Assembly (NCBI GenBank): GCA_964016885.1
Contig: OZ024746.1
Location: 95,356,001-95,420,000 of the forward strand
Reading direction: 5' to 3'
From: Eledone cirrhosa
Taxonomy: Eukaryota
DNA: 64,000 nt
The translations under genes were made by a program, and so were the position numbers. Below the pieces are notes generated by a model. It searched no databases. It saw only the letters and a program-made list of their open reading frames with translations, and was not told where the DNA came from. The first letter of the stretch is position 1. Every line of letters begins with the position of its first letter. Shown piece by piece: positions 1 through 11,539 of the stretch.

Positions 1-535
1 CTTGTTAACAGTTTCCATATTATAGATAGACATGTGATAGGCCTATAGTTGGTAACATCATTACCCTTGATTCGGTCTTTCATTACCAGAACTGTGGTAT
101 CTTTTGTCAACCACTCTGGTACTTCACCCAACACATGGCTGTCAGTTTTGAGTGGAGAGATGTTATATTTTTTGTCCAATATCCTTGCATACCATCTGGA
201 CCTGGTAATTTCCAGTTGGTTAGTTTATTTGCCTGCTTTCTAAGAGTTTCAACCTTGATACTCATATCAGGTTGTTGGAGTGCTTGTTCACTAACCTCCT
301 TTTTAACAGTCTCAATCCACACTGCCTGACTATTATGTTCAACATCCTACTCCTATATTCCTCTCCAGAATGCCTTAGACTGTTCAGCTCAGGGATCACG
401 TTGTTACCTCTTTCTTTACCTTCAAGCTGTTCAAATAACATCTTCTGGTTGTTGTTAAACATGCAGTTCTGTCTATACCGACTAACTCTGTTCTCTTTTG
501 CACTTTTTGCTATAATGCGTTGCTTAAGTTCATTA
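1..535 (-). mobile_element. Degenerate R4/Dong-like non-LTR retrotransposon fragment (pre-RT and RT N-terminus)
   Basis: Frameshifted minus-strand peptides ELKQRIIAKSAKENRVSRYRQNCMFNNNQK, NWKLPGPDGMQGYW and (window start) KGNDVTNYRPITCLSIIWKLLT match the RT domain 0-1 pattern of R4/Dong-type LINEs. Confidence 0.75.
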
Positions 536-540
536 TTATA

Positions 541-1045
541 ATGGCGGATTGGCAGTACCGGTAGAGGGTCGGACGCCATGCTTTGACGCATAGAGTTACA
601 ACCCTTGCCATTCTGAGTTCAAATCTCGCCGAGGTAAACTTTGCCTTTCATCCTTACGGGGTCAATAAAATGAAGTACCAGTAATGTACTGGGTAATTGC
701 TGGCCTTGTGCCAAAAGTAGAAACAATTATTATCATTGTTATTAACAATAAATCATTATTACTATCATTTTCATTTTTCTGTGGTAGTAGTGGTGGTGGT
801 GGTGGTGGTGGTGGAATGGGTGTCATTGGAGTGGGTGTATTTTTTTTATTATTATTATATTGACAGTATCGGTAGAGGGTTGGACGCCATGCTTCACAGT
901 AAAGTTGTGTCCCTTTACAGTTTGAGTTCAAATCCCGCCGAGGTTAACTTTACCGTTCATACTTATGGGGTCGATAAAATAAAGTACCAGTAATGTACTG
1001 GAATAATTGCTAGCCTTGTGCCAAAAGTAGAAACAATTATTATTA
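541..1045 (+). mobile_element. Two copies of a tRNA-derived SINE (541-730, about 862-1040)
   Basis: A-box-like TGGCAGTACCGG, B-box GTTCAAATC, conserved body CTTTGCCTTTCATCCTTACGGGGTCGATAAAATAAAGTACCAG, 3' end GGCCTTGTGCCAAAAGTAGAAACAATTATT. Confidence 0.85.
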
Positions 1046-1395
1046 CATAAAAGCAATGAGTTAGCAGAATGATGGAAAAATGCATTACGGTATTTAGTTA
1101 CTATTAAGGAGTGCGAGGTTCAGTTCTTAAGGGTGCAAGCAGAGGTCAAGAAAAACAATTTTTTTCATTTTACTTCGAATCATTCAGTGTTTCCTAGCGT
1201 TTTTTTTTTGTTTCAACATAGTATTTATTTAATTAAATCATAGTAGTTAATTAATTAAATAGTAGCAGCTAAGTCGCTGATAATTTGACCTGAAAATTCA
1301 TCTTCCTTTTTCTTATGTGCTAGGCCTAGGAGTGCGGGATGGAATTTCAAAATCTCAAGGGGTGCCACGATAGAAATATGTTAAGAACCACTGCC

Positions 1396-1623
1396 TTAAC
1401 TCTTTAGCATTTAAACCGGCTGTTTACAGTCAGAATTTTCTCACCTCTTTCTGTCCAAACCAGTCATAATCGGCCTTCATGCCGATGTTAAAGTATTGTT
1501 CTCAAAATAAATAACATCAAAATCTCATAGGTTCACTATTATGTGAGATAATTATGTGAGATAAAGTATTTTCTGTGAAAATACAAAAGTAAATATAGAG
1601 TAATGTGAATGTTAGAGGGTTAA
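1396..1623. mobile_element. piggyBac-like MITE, family 1
   Basis: TTAA-CTCTTTAGCATT...AATGTTAGAGGG-TTAA ends. Related copies at 26276-26504, 32447-32692, 48018-48630 and 51731-51944. Confidence 0.75.
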
Positions 1624-1674
1624 ACTGATGACCTTGTGCCAATGTTAAAAAGTATCATTATTATTCAAATCTAA

Positions 1675-2080
1675 GGGCGGTGGATTAGCAGTATCAGTAG
1701 AGGGTCGGACGCCATGCTTTGATGCAAAGAGTTACGTCCCTTTACGATCTGAGTTCAAATCCTGCCGAGGTTAACTTTGCCTTTCATCCTTACGGGGTCG
1801 ATAAAATAAAGTACCAGTAATGTACTGGGTAATTGCTGGCCTTGTGCCAGAAGTAGAAACAATTATTATTCAAATCTTGAAGAGGGCGGTGGATTGGCAG
1901 TATCAGTAGAGGGTCAGACACCATGCTTTGATGCATAGAGTTACGGCCCCTTCCATTCTGAGTTCAAATCCTGCCGCGGTCAACTTTGCCTTTCATCCTT
2001 ATGGGGTCAATAAAATAAAGTACCAGTAATGTACTGGGTAATTGCTGGCCTTGTTCCAAAAGTAAAAACAATTATTATTC
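1675..2080 (+). mobile_element. Tandem pair of the same tRNA-derived SINE
   Basis: Two full copies, 1675-1868 and 1884-2078. ATTATTATTCAAATCT occurs before, between and after them. Confidence 0.85.
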
Positions 2081-2270
2081 AAATCTTGCCCAAGTAAATA
2101 TTGTCATTATCAAATGGATTTTCTTTCTGTTTATAACTTTCTATTTCATATTTTTGTTATTTTGCTGGCTTCGATGACACTCAGGTACCAACTTCAAAGC
2201 ATACTAGTAGGACCTTGTCACCTGACCGGTCTGGCCGTTAAAACGGTTATGGTGATGATAATGATGTATG

Positions 2271-2339
<69 letters not shown>

Positions 2340-2384
2340 TGTTATACTTGGGGAGGGTCATATTATTGTAATAATATTGCAAGA

Positions 2385-3556
2385 AACAATAATAATATTG
2401 TGTACAGTGCTCAGGTGCACTACACCTCATCAAAAGTGTATGTATAGTACATATGGTAATGTACAAACGTCAGGAAGATGAACAGTGCATGAGTCATGAT
2501 ATGTGTGCATGTGTATGGAAGGGGGACATCAGGTGTAGTTTTGTCGCATTTCGGGAAGCATGGAGGTTTTAAAGGATGCAGTGTCTCGGCAGCTAACAAC
2601 TGACGCAGGCAGTTTGTTTCATGGAGGTTTGAAAGGATGCAGTGTCTCGGCAGCTAACAACTGTCGCAAGCAGTTTGTTCCATGTTTCAGCAACTCTAAG
2701 CGTGAAAAAATGTTTCTGAAAATCAGGGGAGCTGTGCTGTTTTCTGACTTTGTAGGCATATCCACGTGTGTTAGACACATGGAGATCAAAAAGGTGCTCA
2801 GGGTTGTTGTTGGCGAGATGGTTAATAATGTTGTGGGTGTTTACAAAGTCCATTGCCAGACGTCAGAGCTTCAATGAATCCATGCCCAGGGAAGCAAGGT
2901 GTTCAGAGTATGATAGGTGTCTGATGGAAGGTATGCACTTGGTTGCACGTCTCTGAACAGTTTCCAGGAGGTCAATGTTCTCAGCAAGATAGGGGTTCCA
3001 GACTGATGATGCGAATTCCAAGTGTGGTCGTACCATAGCTGTATAGAGCTTTAAATAGATGGCTGGAGAGCGGCTAACAAAGGTCTTGCTGAGTGATGCC
3101 AAGACACCCTCGGCCTTCTTGACAATTTTAGAGATGTGCTTTGTCCAACGCAAATCGTTGCTGACAGTAATGCCCAGGTCACGTTCACAAGAGGACTTCT
3201 TGATATCAGTGTTGTGGAGTGAGTATGTGGACGCTGGATTTTTCCTCCCAAAATGCATGGTGGTACACTTGTCCACAGCCAGCTTCAGTTGCCAGTCTGT
3301 GATCCATTGCTGCATTGTGTCCAGGTCTGATTGTAGGAAAGAGTTATAGATTTCAGGATCTGTCCTTTTGATTTCAAGGTACAGCTTGATGTCATCTGCA
3401 TATTTCAGTACTGTGGCATTCTTTAAGTTGGCATCTATGTCATTAATATATGCAACAAACAAAAGGGGACCAAGAACAGATCCCTGTGGTACACCAGATG
3501 ACATCTCATATGGTGAAGAATGCTGTCCTAGAACCGTGACTACCTCTTTTCAGCTG
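2385..3556 (-). mobile_element. 5'-truncated CR1-group LINE (RT C-terminal half and 3' UTR)
   Basis: ORF 2863-3504 contains SGVPQGSVLGPLLF, YADDIKLY, ERDLGI and VRPHLEFASSVWNPY. Sister copy at 40540-41712. Confidence 0.9.
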
Positions 3557-4139
3557 AGAATGGATGACCTGTCTAACCCATGGAAAAATGGACGCTAAAT
3601 GATGATGAATATATATATATATGAATAAACTGAGGTCCACTATCCTGTTATTTTCTTTTCTTTGACATCTTTTGTCTTTCTATCTGTGCTGTTTGTTTTA
3701 TCACACACTCAATCACACATCATACCAGTAGAAAGATTTAATTTTCTGTTGTACGATCCAGCATTTTAAAATGGAACTCTCAATTAAATCGTGCGAAACC
3801 ATTTTTACTGGTTTAAGAGCTGATGAAAGTGAAGATGTGTGTCTAAAGTTGTCTTGTACATCACTTTTCTTTGTTTCTATCTTCTAGTCACTTCTGTGCA
3901 CCAACACACTTCTCCTTGTCCTCCTCCTCTTTCAATCATTTCCATATTTCATCTGCCTGCTACACACTTCATGGATTGTCTCTCTGCTGACCATTGGCTG
4001 CTGGTCTCTGTCTTGTGAGGCATTTTTGCTGGTCGTTGTCATTTGACAGCATTTGGCTGTTTTAACAGCTGTTCTAGCGATACAAACCTTATTTAATCAC
4101 ATGAAGGATCCATAGAAGTCATTTATAGCTTATGCTATC

Positions 4140-4685
4140 TAGGTCACTTAATTACTAGTGGAGGAGGGTCCTCTGAGAGCATAATAGCTAGAATAAGGAT
4201 AGGATGGAAGAAATTGACAATGAAAGGTTTCTCCCAATGTACAAAAGAAGAACTGTATGGAGACTATGCAAAGGGTGATGCTGGATGGTAGTGAAGCATG
4301 GGCAGTGACTTCAGGGGACATGTATAAGCTGGAGAGAAATGAAGCAACTTGGTTGGATGTGTAATATAAATGTGAAAGAAAGGCAGAGTTTGGATGAACT
4401 GAGGGAGAAGCTGGGTTTAAGCAGAGAGAAGACTTCATTGGTACAGATATGTGATGTTAATCAATAATTGTTTCTACTTTAGGCACAAGGCCAGCAATTA
4501 CCAGTGCATTACTGGTACTTTATTTTATCGACCCCGTAAGGGGTCGATAAAATAAAGTACCAGTGATGTTAATCAATAATGATCGCTGGATGAAGAAGTG
4601 CTAGGAAATCCCAGTGGAAGGAAGCCACAGTAGAAGTAGACTGAGGAAGACCTGAGCAGAGGTGGTAAAAGCTGATCTCAAATTA
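4140..4685 (+). mobile_element. Old RTE LINE C-terminal fragment interrupted by a partial SINE
   Basis: Degenerate MLDGSEAWA...KLERNEA and PRKTWAEVVKADL-like segments. SINE piece at 4462-4565. Confidence 0.65.
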
Positions 4686-4689
4686 CCCT

Positions 4690-5147
4690 CACATTACCAA
4701 CACCACTACCTTCCAGGGGCCCAATGGCCACTCCCTCCTTGTCCGGCACCCCTTTCACTGCACCTCCTCCAGCCTTGTGTATGGACTTCACTGCACGGAG
4801 TGCGGTGCAACCTATGTCGGACAGACGGGACCCCGACTGGTTCGCCAAACACCTCAGTGACATCCACCTTGACCTGTGTTCTCCCATCGCCCGACACTTC
4901 TGCTCAGCCGGTCATTCCACTCACAAGCTGACTTTTTTATATTTATTTTTATATTTCCCTTCCTTTTGTGTTCTTTACTTGTTAACTTCCCTCCTTCCAA
5001 CCCTACAAACTCCCTTTCGGTATTCCTCTCAACTTTCCTGATGAAGGACTTAATTCCGAAACGTCGAAACCTCCTCCACTTTCATCAAGTGTGAACCTAA
5101 TACAACTGTGTACAATTGACTCCTGCGTTTTGTTTGTGCTTTTCAAC
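4690..5147 (+). mobile_element. Penelope-like element 3' end (GIY-YIG endonuclease remnant plus pLTR)
   Basis: Frameshifted HCTSSSLVYGLHCTECGATYVGQTG...FAKHLSDI...SPIARHF...H follows the PLE GIY-YIG pattern. A hammerhead motif and (TA)n follow. Confidence 0.85.
5034..5069 (+). ncRNA. Minimal type-I hammerhead ribozyme
   Basis: TTTC-CTGATGA-A-GGA-CTTAAT-TCC-GAAA-C-GTC-GAAA: stem I TTTC/GAAA, palindromic ACGT stem III, GUC cleavage triplet at 5063-5065. Confidence 0.8.
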
Positions 5148-5178
<31 letters not shown>

Positions 5179-5284
5179 ATACAGGCATAGTACCCATAAA
5201 AAATGACAAGGTTTATAGGAAAAAATACTTAGTTCATTAATTCCTAGATTATAACATTCTATATAAAGATGCTCAAATGCTCGA

Positions 5285-6957
5285 ATTTCTGCCATCTCTG
5301 TATTTCAGCCATCACTGTATTTCTGCCATCTCTATATTTCTGCCATCACTGTATTTCAGCCATCTCTATATTTCTGCCATCTCTGTATTTCAGCCACCAT
5401 TGTATTTCAGCCATCTCTATATTTCAGCCATCACTGTATTTCAGCCATCACTGTATTTCAGCCATCACTGTATTTCAGCCATCACTGTATTTCAGCCATC
5501 TCTATATTTCAGCCATCACTGTATTTCAGCCATCTCTATATTTCTGCCATCTCTGTATTTCAGCCACCATTGTATTTCAGCCATCTCTATATTTCAGCCA
5601 TCACTGTATTTCAGCCATCACTGTATTTCAGCCATCACTGTATTTCAGCCATCACTGTATTTCAGCCATCACTTTATTTCTGCCATCACTATATTTCTGC
5701 CATCACTGTATTTCAGCCATCACTGTATTTCAGCCATCACTGTATTTCAGCCATCACTGTATTTCAGCCATCACAGTATTTCAGCCATCACTTTATTTCT
5801 GCCATCACTATATTTCTGCCATCACTGTATTTCAGCCATCACTGTATTTCAGCCATCACTGTATTTCAGCCATCACTGTATTTCAGCCATCACTGTATTT
5901 CAGCCATCACTGTAATTCAGCCATCTCTATATTTCAGCCATCACTGTATTTCTGCCATCACTGTATTTCAGCCATCACTGTATTTCAGCCATCTCTATAT
6001 TTCTGCCATCACTGTATTTCAGCCATCACTGTAGTTCTGCCATCACTGTATTTCAGCCATCACTGTATTTCAGCCATCTCTATATTTCAGCCATCACTGT
6101 ATTTCAGCCATCACTGTAATTCAGCCATCTCTATATTTCAGCCATCACTGTATTTCAACCATCTCTATATTTCAGCCATCACTGTATTTCAGCCATCACT
6201 GTATTTCAGCCATCTCTATATTTCAGCCATCACTGTATTTCAGCCATCTCTATATTTCAGCCATCACTGTATTTCAGCCATCTCTATATTTCAGCCATCT
6301 CTATATTTCAGCCATCACTGTATTTCAGCCATCACTGTATTTCAGCCATCACTATATTTCAGCCATCACTGTATTTCAGCCATCTCTATATTTCAGCCAT
6401 CACTGTATTTCAGCCATCACTGTATTTCAGCCATCTCTATATTTCAGCCATCTCTATATTTCAGCCATCTCTATATTTCAGCCATCACTGTATTTCAGCC
6501 ATCACTGTATTTCAGCCATCTCTATATTTCAGCCATCACTATATTTCAGCCATCACTGTATTTCAGCCATCACTGTATTTCAGCCATCACTGTAATTCAG
6601 CCATCTCTATATTTCAGCCATCACTGTATTTCAGCCATCTCTATATTTCAGCCATCACTGTATTTCAGCCATCACTGTATTTCAGCCATCTCTATATTTC
6701 AGCCATCACTGTATTTCAGCCATCTCTATATTTCAGCCATCACTGTATTTCAGCCATCACTGTATTTCAGCCATCTCTATATTTCAGCCATCTCTATATT
6801 TCAGCCATCACTGTATTTCAGCCATCTCTATATTTCAGCCATCTCTATATTTCAGCCATCACTGTAATTCAGCCATCTCTATATTTCAGCCATCTCTATA
6901 TTTCAGCCATCTCTATATTTCAGCCATCTCTATATTTCTGCCATCACTGTATTTCAT
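5285..6957. repeat. 17-bp minisatellite (ATTTCAGCCATCACTGT / ATTTCAGCCATCTCTAT), about 98 units
   Basis: Directly visible. The 17-aa periodicity in all three + frames follows from the 17-bp period. Confidence 0.97.
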
Positions 6958-7021
6958 TTTGCATACATTTCAATCAATTTACACTAATTTTCTTCCATAT
7001 CCATCCATCAATCAATCTAAC

Positions 7022-7308
7022 TAACTGTAACTCTGCTCAACACAGAGTTAAAGATTTTGGCCAAGGTGTTAGCAGCAAGGCTGGCACTTGTCGAGAACCT
7101 GGTAGGGGAAGCCCAAACGTGTGCAATCCCGACCAGGTCCATACACGTCAACCTCCACCTCATGTGATACATCATAGAGAAGGCAGGGTGTAAACCTGGC
7201 TTTGATGGGGCTCTGATCAATTTAGATCAGTCTAAGGCATTTGATAGGGTCGACCATCAATACTTGGAAGCAGTTCTCAAGGTGGCCGGCTTCGGTCCCG
7301 TCTTCAGA
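7022..7308 (+). mobile_element. L1/Tx1-clade RT fragment
   Basis: Reads VTLLNTELKILAKVLAARL...EAQTCAIPTRSI...LINLDQSKAFDRVDHQYL. Confidence 0.8.
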
Positions 7309-7490
7309 GATATCAATGATATTAATAAATGGAAACTATATTTATAAAACCATATTTATTTTATTATATATATTTCAAGGGTACCAAAACTTTGGTACGC
7401 TCTCATCAGATAAAATACAAAGTTTGTTTTATAAATATTGACATAACCAGGAAAGAAGAACTTAACGGTTCAAGTTTTTCCTGGATAGTG
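7309..7490 (-). mobile_element. Single arm of the hammerhead-bearing pLTR family (same family as 20393-20823)
   Basis: Near-identical to 20393-20570. The minus strand carries CTGATGAGAGCGTACC...GGTACCCTTGAAA. Confidence 0.8.
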
Positions 7491-7729
7491 AAGAAAAGAA
7501 GGGAGAGAGAAGAAAAGTCAAATATTTCAAATTATTAAGATGAGTATGCAAATGAGGTTGAGGTATAGGGCTGAGGTATATATAAGAATAAGGAAGATGC
7601 TGGTGTTACATAAATCATTTATTCATGATAATTATTTCAATGGTTCTCTCATGCAATCCAAGATGTAATTCATACATTTGTTGTTGTGATGAGAACGGTA
7701 TCTTCAGGTGAAATTCGATTTGATTGATA

Positions 7730-8040
7730 CATAATACATATTTCTGTGGTCAATCAAATTACTTCATCTGATCATGAGGCAAAACAATCAGTGACATCAT
7801 CAGATGATGTGAACATAATAGATTTAGTTAAGTAATCCTTACAGAGGTGATTCAAACCTAGCAATAACATGGCTAGCTCAACCACTTCTGTATCATCTAT
7901 TCTTTGTTTATATTTTGTTGTACCCCAGTAGGAATTACTTAACTGAACTATTATGTTCATACCATCTGATGACATCAACGACTGCGTTGTGTTATGGTCA
8001 ATCAACATGAGTTTTCAACCACAGAAATATGTATTATGTA
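7730..8040. repeat. Degenerate fold-back element
   Basis: ACATAATACATATTTCTGTGGT (7729-7750) is inverted at 8019-8040. Inner inverted blocks at about 7795-7842 and 7928-7975. Confidence 0.6.
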
Positions 8041-9112
8041 ATATTGAAGTATTTAACTCCATTCTTGTACCACCCATGAAATACCACATCTATGATGAAA
8101 GATACACGTGATACTGAGTGCTTTTGCTTTTTACATCATGATCTGCTGATCAGATTGACTGGATCCCAAACCCAGCTACCTATTAGTTATATATCATCAT
8201 CATCATTTTATGTCCACTTTTCCCTGCTTGCAAGGGTTGGACGGGTCCTATTCAGCACAGCATCTCTCCACCCGTCACGGTCCTTCATCATCTCCTCGGT
8301 GAGTTTCAGTGATCTGAGGTCTGCTCTCACCACCTCCGCCCATGTTTTTCGTGGTCTACCTCTACTGCATCTTCCCTCCACTGGGACTTCCTGGCACTAC
8401 TTCACCCATCGGTCATATATATATATATATGTTTGTGCATGTGTGTGCATGTGAGTGCCTGTGTGTGTGATGCTATCTGCAGGCCATCTGTGTGTGTGTC
8501 TGTGTATGTATGCATGTGTGTGTGTGTGTGATGCCATCTGCAGGCCATATCTGTGTGTGTGGAGTGGTGTATGTATGCATGTGTGTGCATGTATATGTTT
8601 ATATGTATGTGTGTATACAGTGGTGGAGTACACTCATCATCAGATAAACTCCCTTGACAACATACATCAGAAAACTATGGCTTAACGAAGGAATACACTG
8701 ATAAAATATCTAAACAAAAATGTAATTCCAAAGAGAAGAAACCAGAACAGTTTTCTCTGAGTTCGTTAAACCCTGAAGAAGGGAATTTTAACCCCGAAAT
8801 ATTAGGACAAAAGAAACAGCAACAAAAACAAAGACTATCAGGAAACTAAAATTTTTCGTTACTGTCATCTTACCGTACATTTTGCATTACTTAACCTTAT
8901 ATAACTTTCCACGTTATATAATATATCGTATACAATGCTTCAAGTAAACTACAACATTTTATTATCTAAAGGTATATTTCTGTTGGTGATCAAACTTTGT
9001 GGAGAAAGATATCTTATGTTGATGCGCAGTCTGCAACTGGTAGAGTTTAGTGTCAAAGTAGTAATAACAGTAGTAGCACAAGAACATCTTAGAAAACCCT
9101 CTTCTCCCATTT

Positions 9113-9520
9113 ATTCCTGAGAGGGTCATAGGGGCAGAGTCCTCAAACACTTCTTCCAGCGGGTCCTGTCAGAAGCAGCTGTCTCCAACCGATCTGGCTG
9201 GATTCCCAAGCGAGACCAGCCAAGCTCATGGATGTTATCCAACCACCTTGCTCGGAGTCTACTCCTGGGTCTCCTGCCAGTTGGTTATGCCAGTAAAATC
9301 TCTCCAGCGATTCTTTCCTGAGACATTCTAACCCCATGCCCATAGTATCGGAACTGTGATCTCTCAGTTCGGAGAAGTAGCAGCTCTACCTGGTGTGACT
9401 CTCTGATCTCTGAGCTACGCACTCTATCGAGTAACATTACTCCTATGACCCTTCAGAGGAACCCTATTTCAGCCGCTTGTATTCACAATAGTATTCTTTC
9501 AGTCATTATCCAAGATTCGT
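9113..9520 (-). mobile_element. RTE (Expander-like) LINE 3' fragment
   Basis: RPRSRLRARWLDNIHELG-type C-terminus. Same family at 30217-31070, 31687-32075, 45655-46280 and 50460-50705. Confidence 0.7.
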
Positions 9521-9711
9521 AAGGCTTGGCATGGAAACCAAAAAGCTTAGTATTAAAATACTCTCCTCTTAGTATCACTATAACCTTGTGTTTATGTAAC
9601 AGATAGTACAATGATATTTTGACTGTACTTGACTTCATATGAAATTGTCAATAGATCCACTTGATGTTAAGTACTCCGGACTCACAAAAATAGAAACAGA
9701 GGAAAAGAGAG

Positions 9712-9744
<33 letters not shown>

Positions 9745-9745
<1 letters not shown>

Positions 9746-11198
9746 CATCATCATCATCATCACCGTTTTACGTCCGTTCTTCCACGCTAGCATGGGTTAG
9801 ACGGGTTGTCCTGTTGTGGGCAGTGTCTGGTCGGCTGACCATCCCTTGCTCATACAGGAACTGATCTGGCTTGATTTCTACAGCTGGATGCCCTTCCTAA
9901 CACCAACCTCATTTACAGTGAGTGCTGGGTGCTTTTTCGTGGCGCCTACACGTCCACTTTACAGTGTGGGCTGGGTGCTTTTTTGCCGTGGCACCTCCAC
10001 GACCACCTTGCGGTGGGGGGGGGGGGGATATTGTTTATATGCTTCAGCATGTACCCATGGGAGGTCGGGCACCCTGTATTACTGCGTGACGCCAGAAGTC
10101 ACGGTCGTGTGTCATTGACTTTGAGAGGTGTAGTTGGGTAAGGTCGGCTTTTATCACCTCATCCCAAGTCATCTTGGGTCTCCCCACTCCGCGGTTTCCA
10201 TCAACTTCTAGTGCTCTGCACCTTTTTATGCAGCTGTCATCCTTCATACGCATCACATGTCCATACCAGCGTAACCGCCTCTCCTGCACGCAGCATTTGA
10301 TTCCTCTTATGCTCAGTCTCTCTCTCAATTCATTTATGCTTTGTCGTTCACGTATATTACTGTTACACATCCATCGGAGCATGCAGGCTTCGTTTCTCTC
10401 TAATCTACGTAAGTCTTCCACCTTCAGCGCCCAGGTCTCACTACCATGCAACATCGCTGTTCGGATACACGCATCATACAGTCTGCCTTTCATTCTGAGG
10501 GAGAAGCCTTTTGCAGCTAGCAGTGGTAGTAGTTCCCTAAACTTCTTCCATCCCGTTCTTACCCTAGTTATTGTACTTTCTGAGCACCCACCTCCGTTGC
10601 TAATTCGGTCACCTAGGTAGCAGAAGCTGTCTACTGTTTCTACAGGGCCCTCCCAGAGATTGGTGGTACTTGTTTCCTGTGGCTGTTTGCTTGCTGTTTC
10701 AGCACAGCTGCTGCATGTGAATCCTACATTCTTAATTAAGCTTCCTGAGATCCCGCTACATCTCTTGTGTACCCATTGTTTGCATTTGGGGCAAAGAATG
10801 GAGTTCCTACCTACACCTTTCCTACATACTGAGCAAGGCCATTTCCCTGAGGGGATCTGGGTTCTGTTTTCTCGTCTACTTATAAGGACCTTAGTCTTTG
10901 TCATGTTGACTTTGAGGCCCTTTCTCTCTAGTCCCTGCTTCCAGGTTTGGAATTTATTCTCTAGTTCTACCATAGATTCAGCTATGAGTGCGAGGTCATC
11001 AGCATACAGGAGTTCCCATGGGCATCCGGTCTTAAACTCCTCCGTTATTGCCTGCAGGACTATGATGAACAGGAGAGGGCTAAGAACAGAGCCCTGGTGG
11101 ACCCCAACCTGTACGCTAAATTCCTCGCTATACTCATTGCCAATCCTAACTTTGCTGACTGCTCCCCTATACATGGCTTGTACCGCTTTCACAAGCCA

Positions 11199-11201
<3 letters not shown>
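9745..11201 (-). mobile_element. 5'-truncated RTE LINE with open RT C-terminal ORF (10044-11192) and (GAT)n tail
   Basis: GVHQGSVLSPLLF, LLYADDL, Cys/His finger, RRLRWYGHVMR and GRPKMTW. 3' UTR ends in the (CAT)n run at 9746-9762. Confidence 0.95.
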
Positions 11202-11271
<70 letters not shown>

Positions 11272-11275
11272 CCTC

Positions 11276-11306
<31 letters not shown>

Positions 11307-11539
11307 ATTGGCTTTCTATAATTCTGTTCTGACTCACCGTTGTTCTAAAAATAATTCTGCTCCTCGCATCTATATATCTTACAATCCCCCAGAATCAAAA
11401 AATCGTATTCAAAATTGGCTTTCTATAATTCTGTTCTGTCTCACCGTTGTTCTAAAAATAATTCTGCTCCTCGCAAACTACCCCATACCCCTCACTCCCA
11501 CCCCCACTCTCCACCTTATTATTTGGACCAATCACAAGT

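Noticed and set aside
541-630. tRNA genes at SINE heads
   Set aside because: A/B boxes are present but there is no full cloverleaf, and they are always attached to the SINE body.
5269-6867. 532-aa His/Cys/Ser ORF
   Set aside because: Product of the 17-bp minisatellite; all three frames give the same peptide.
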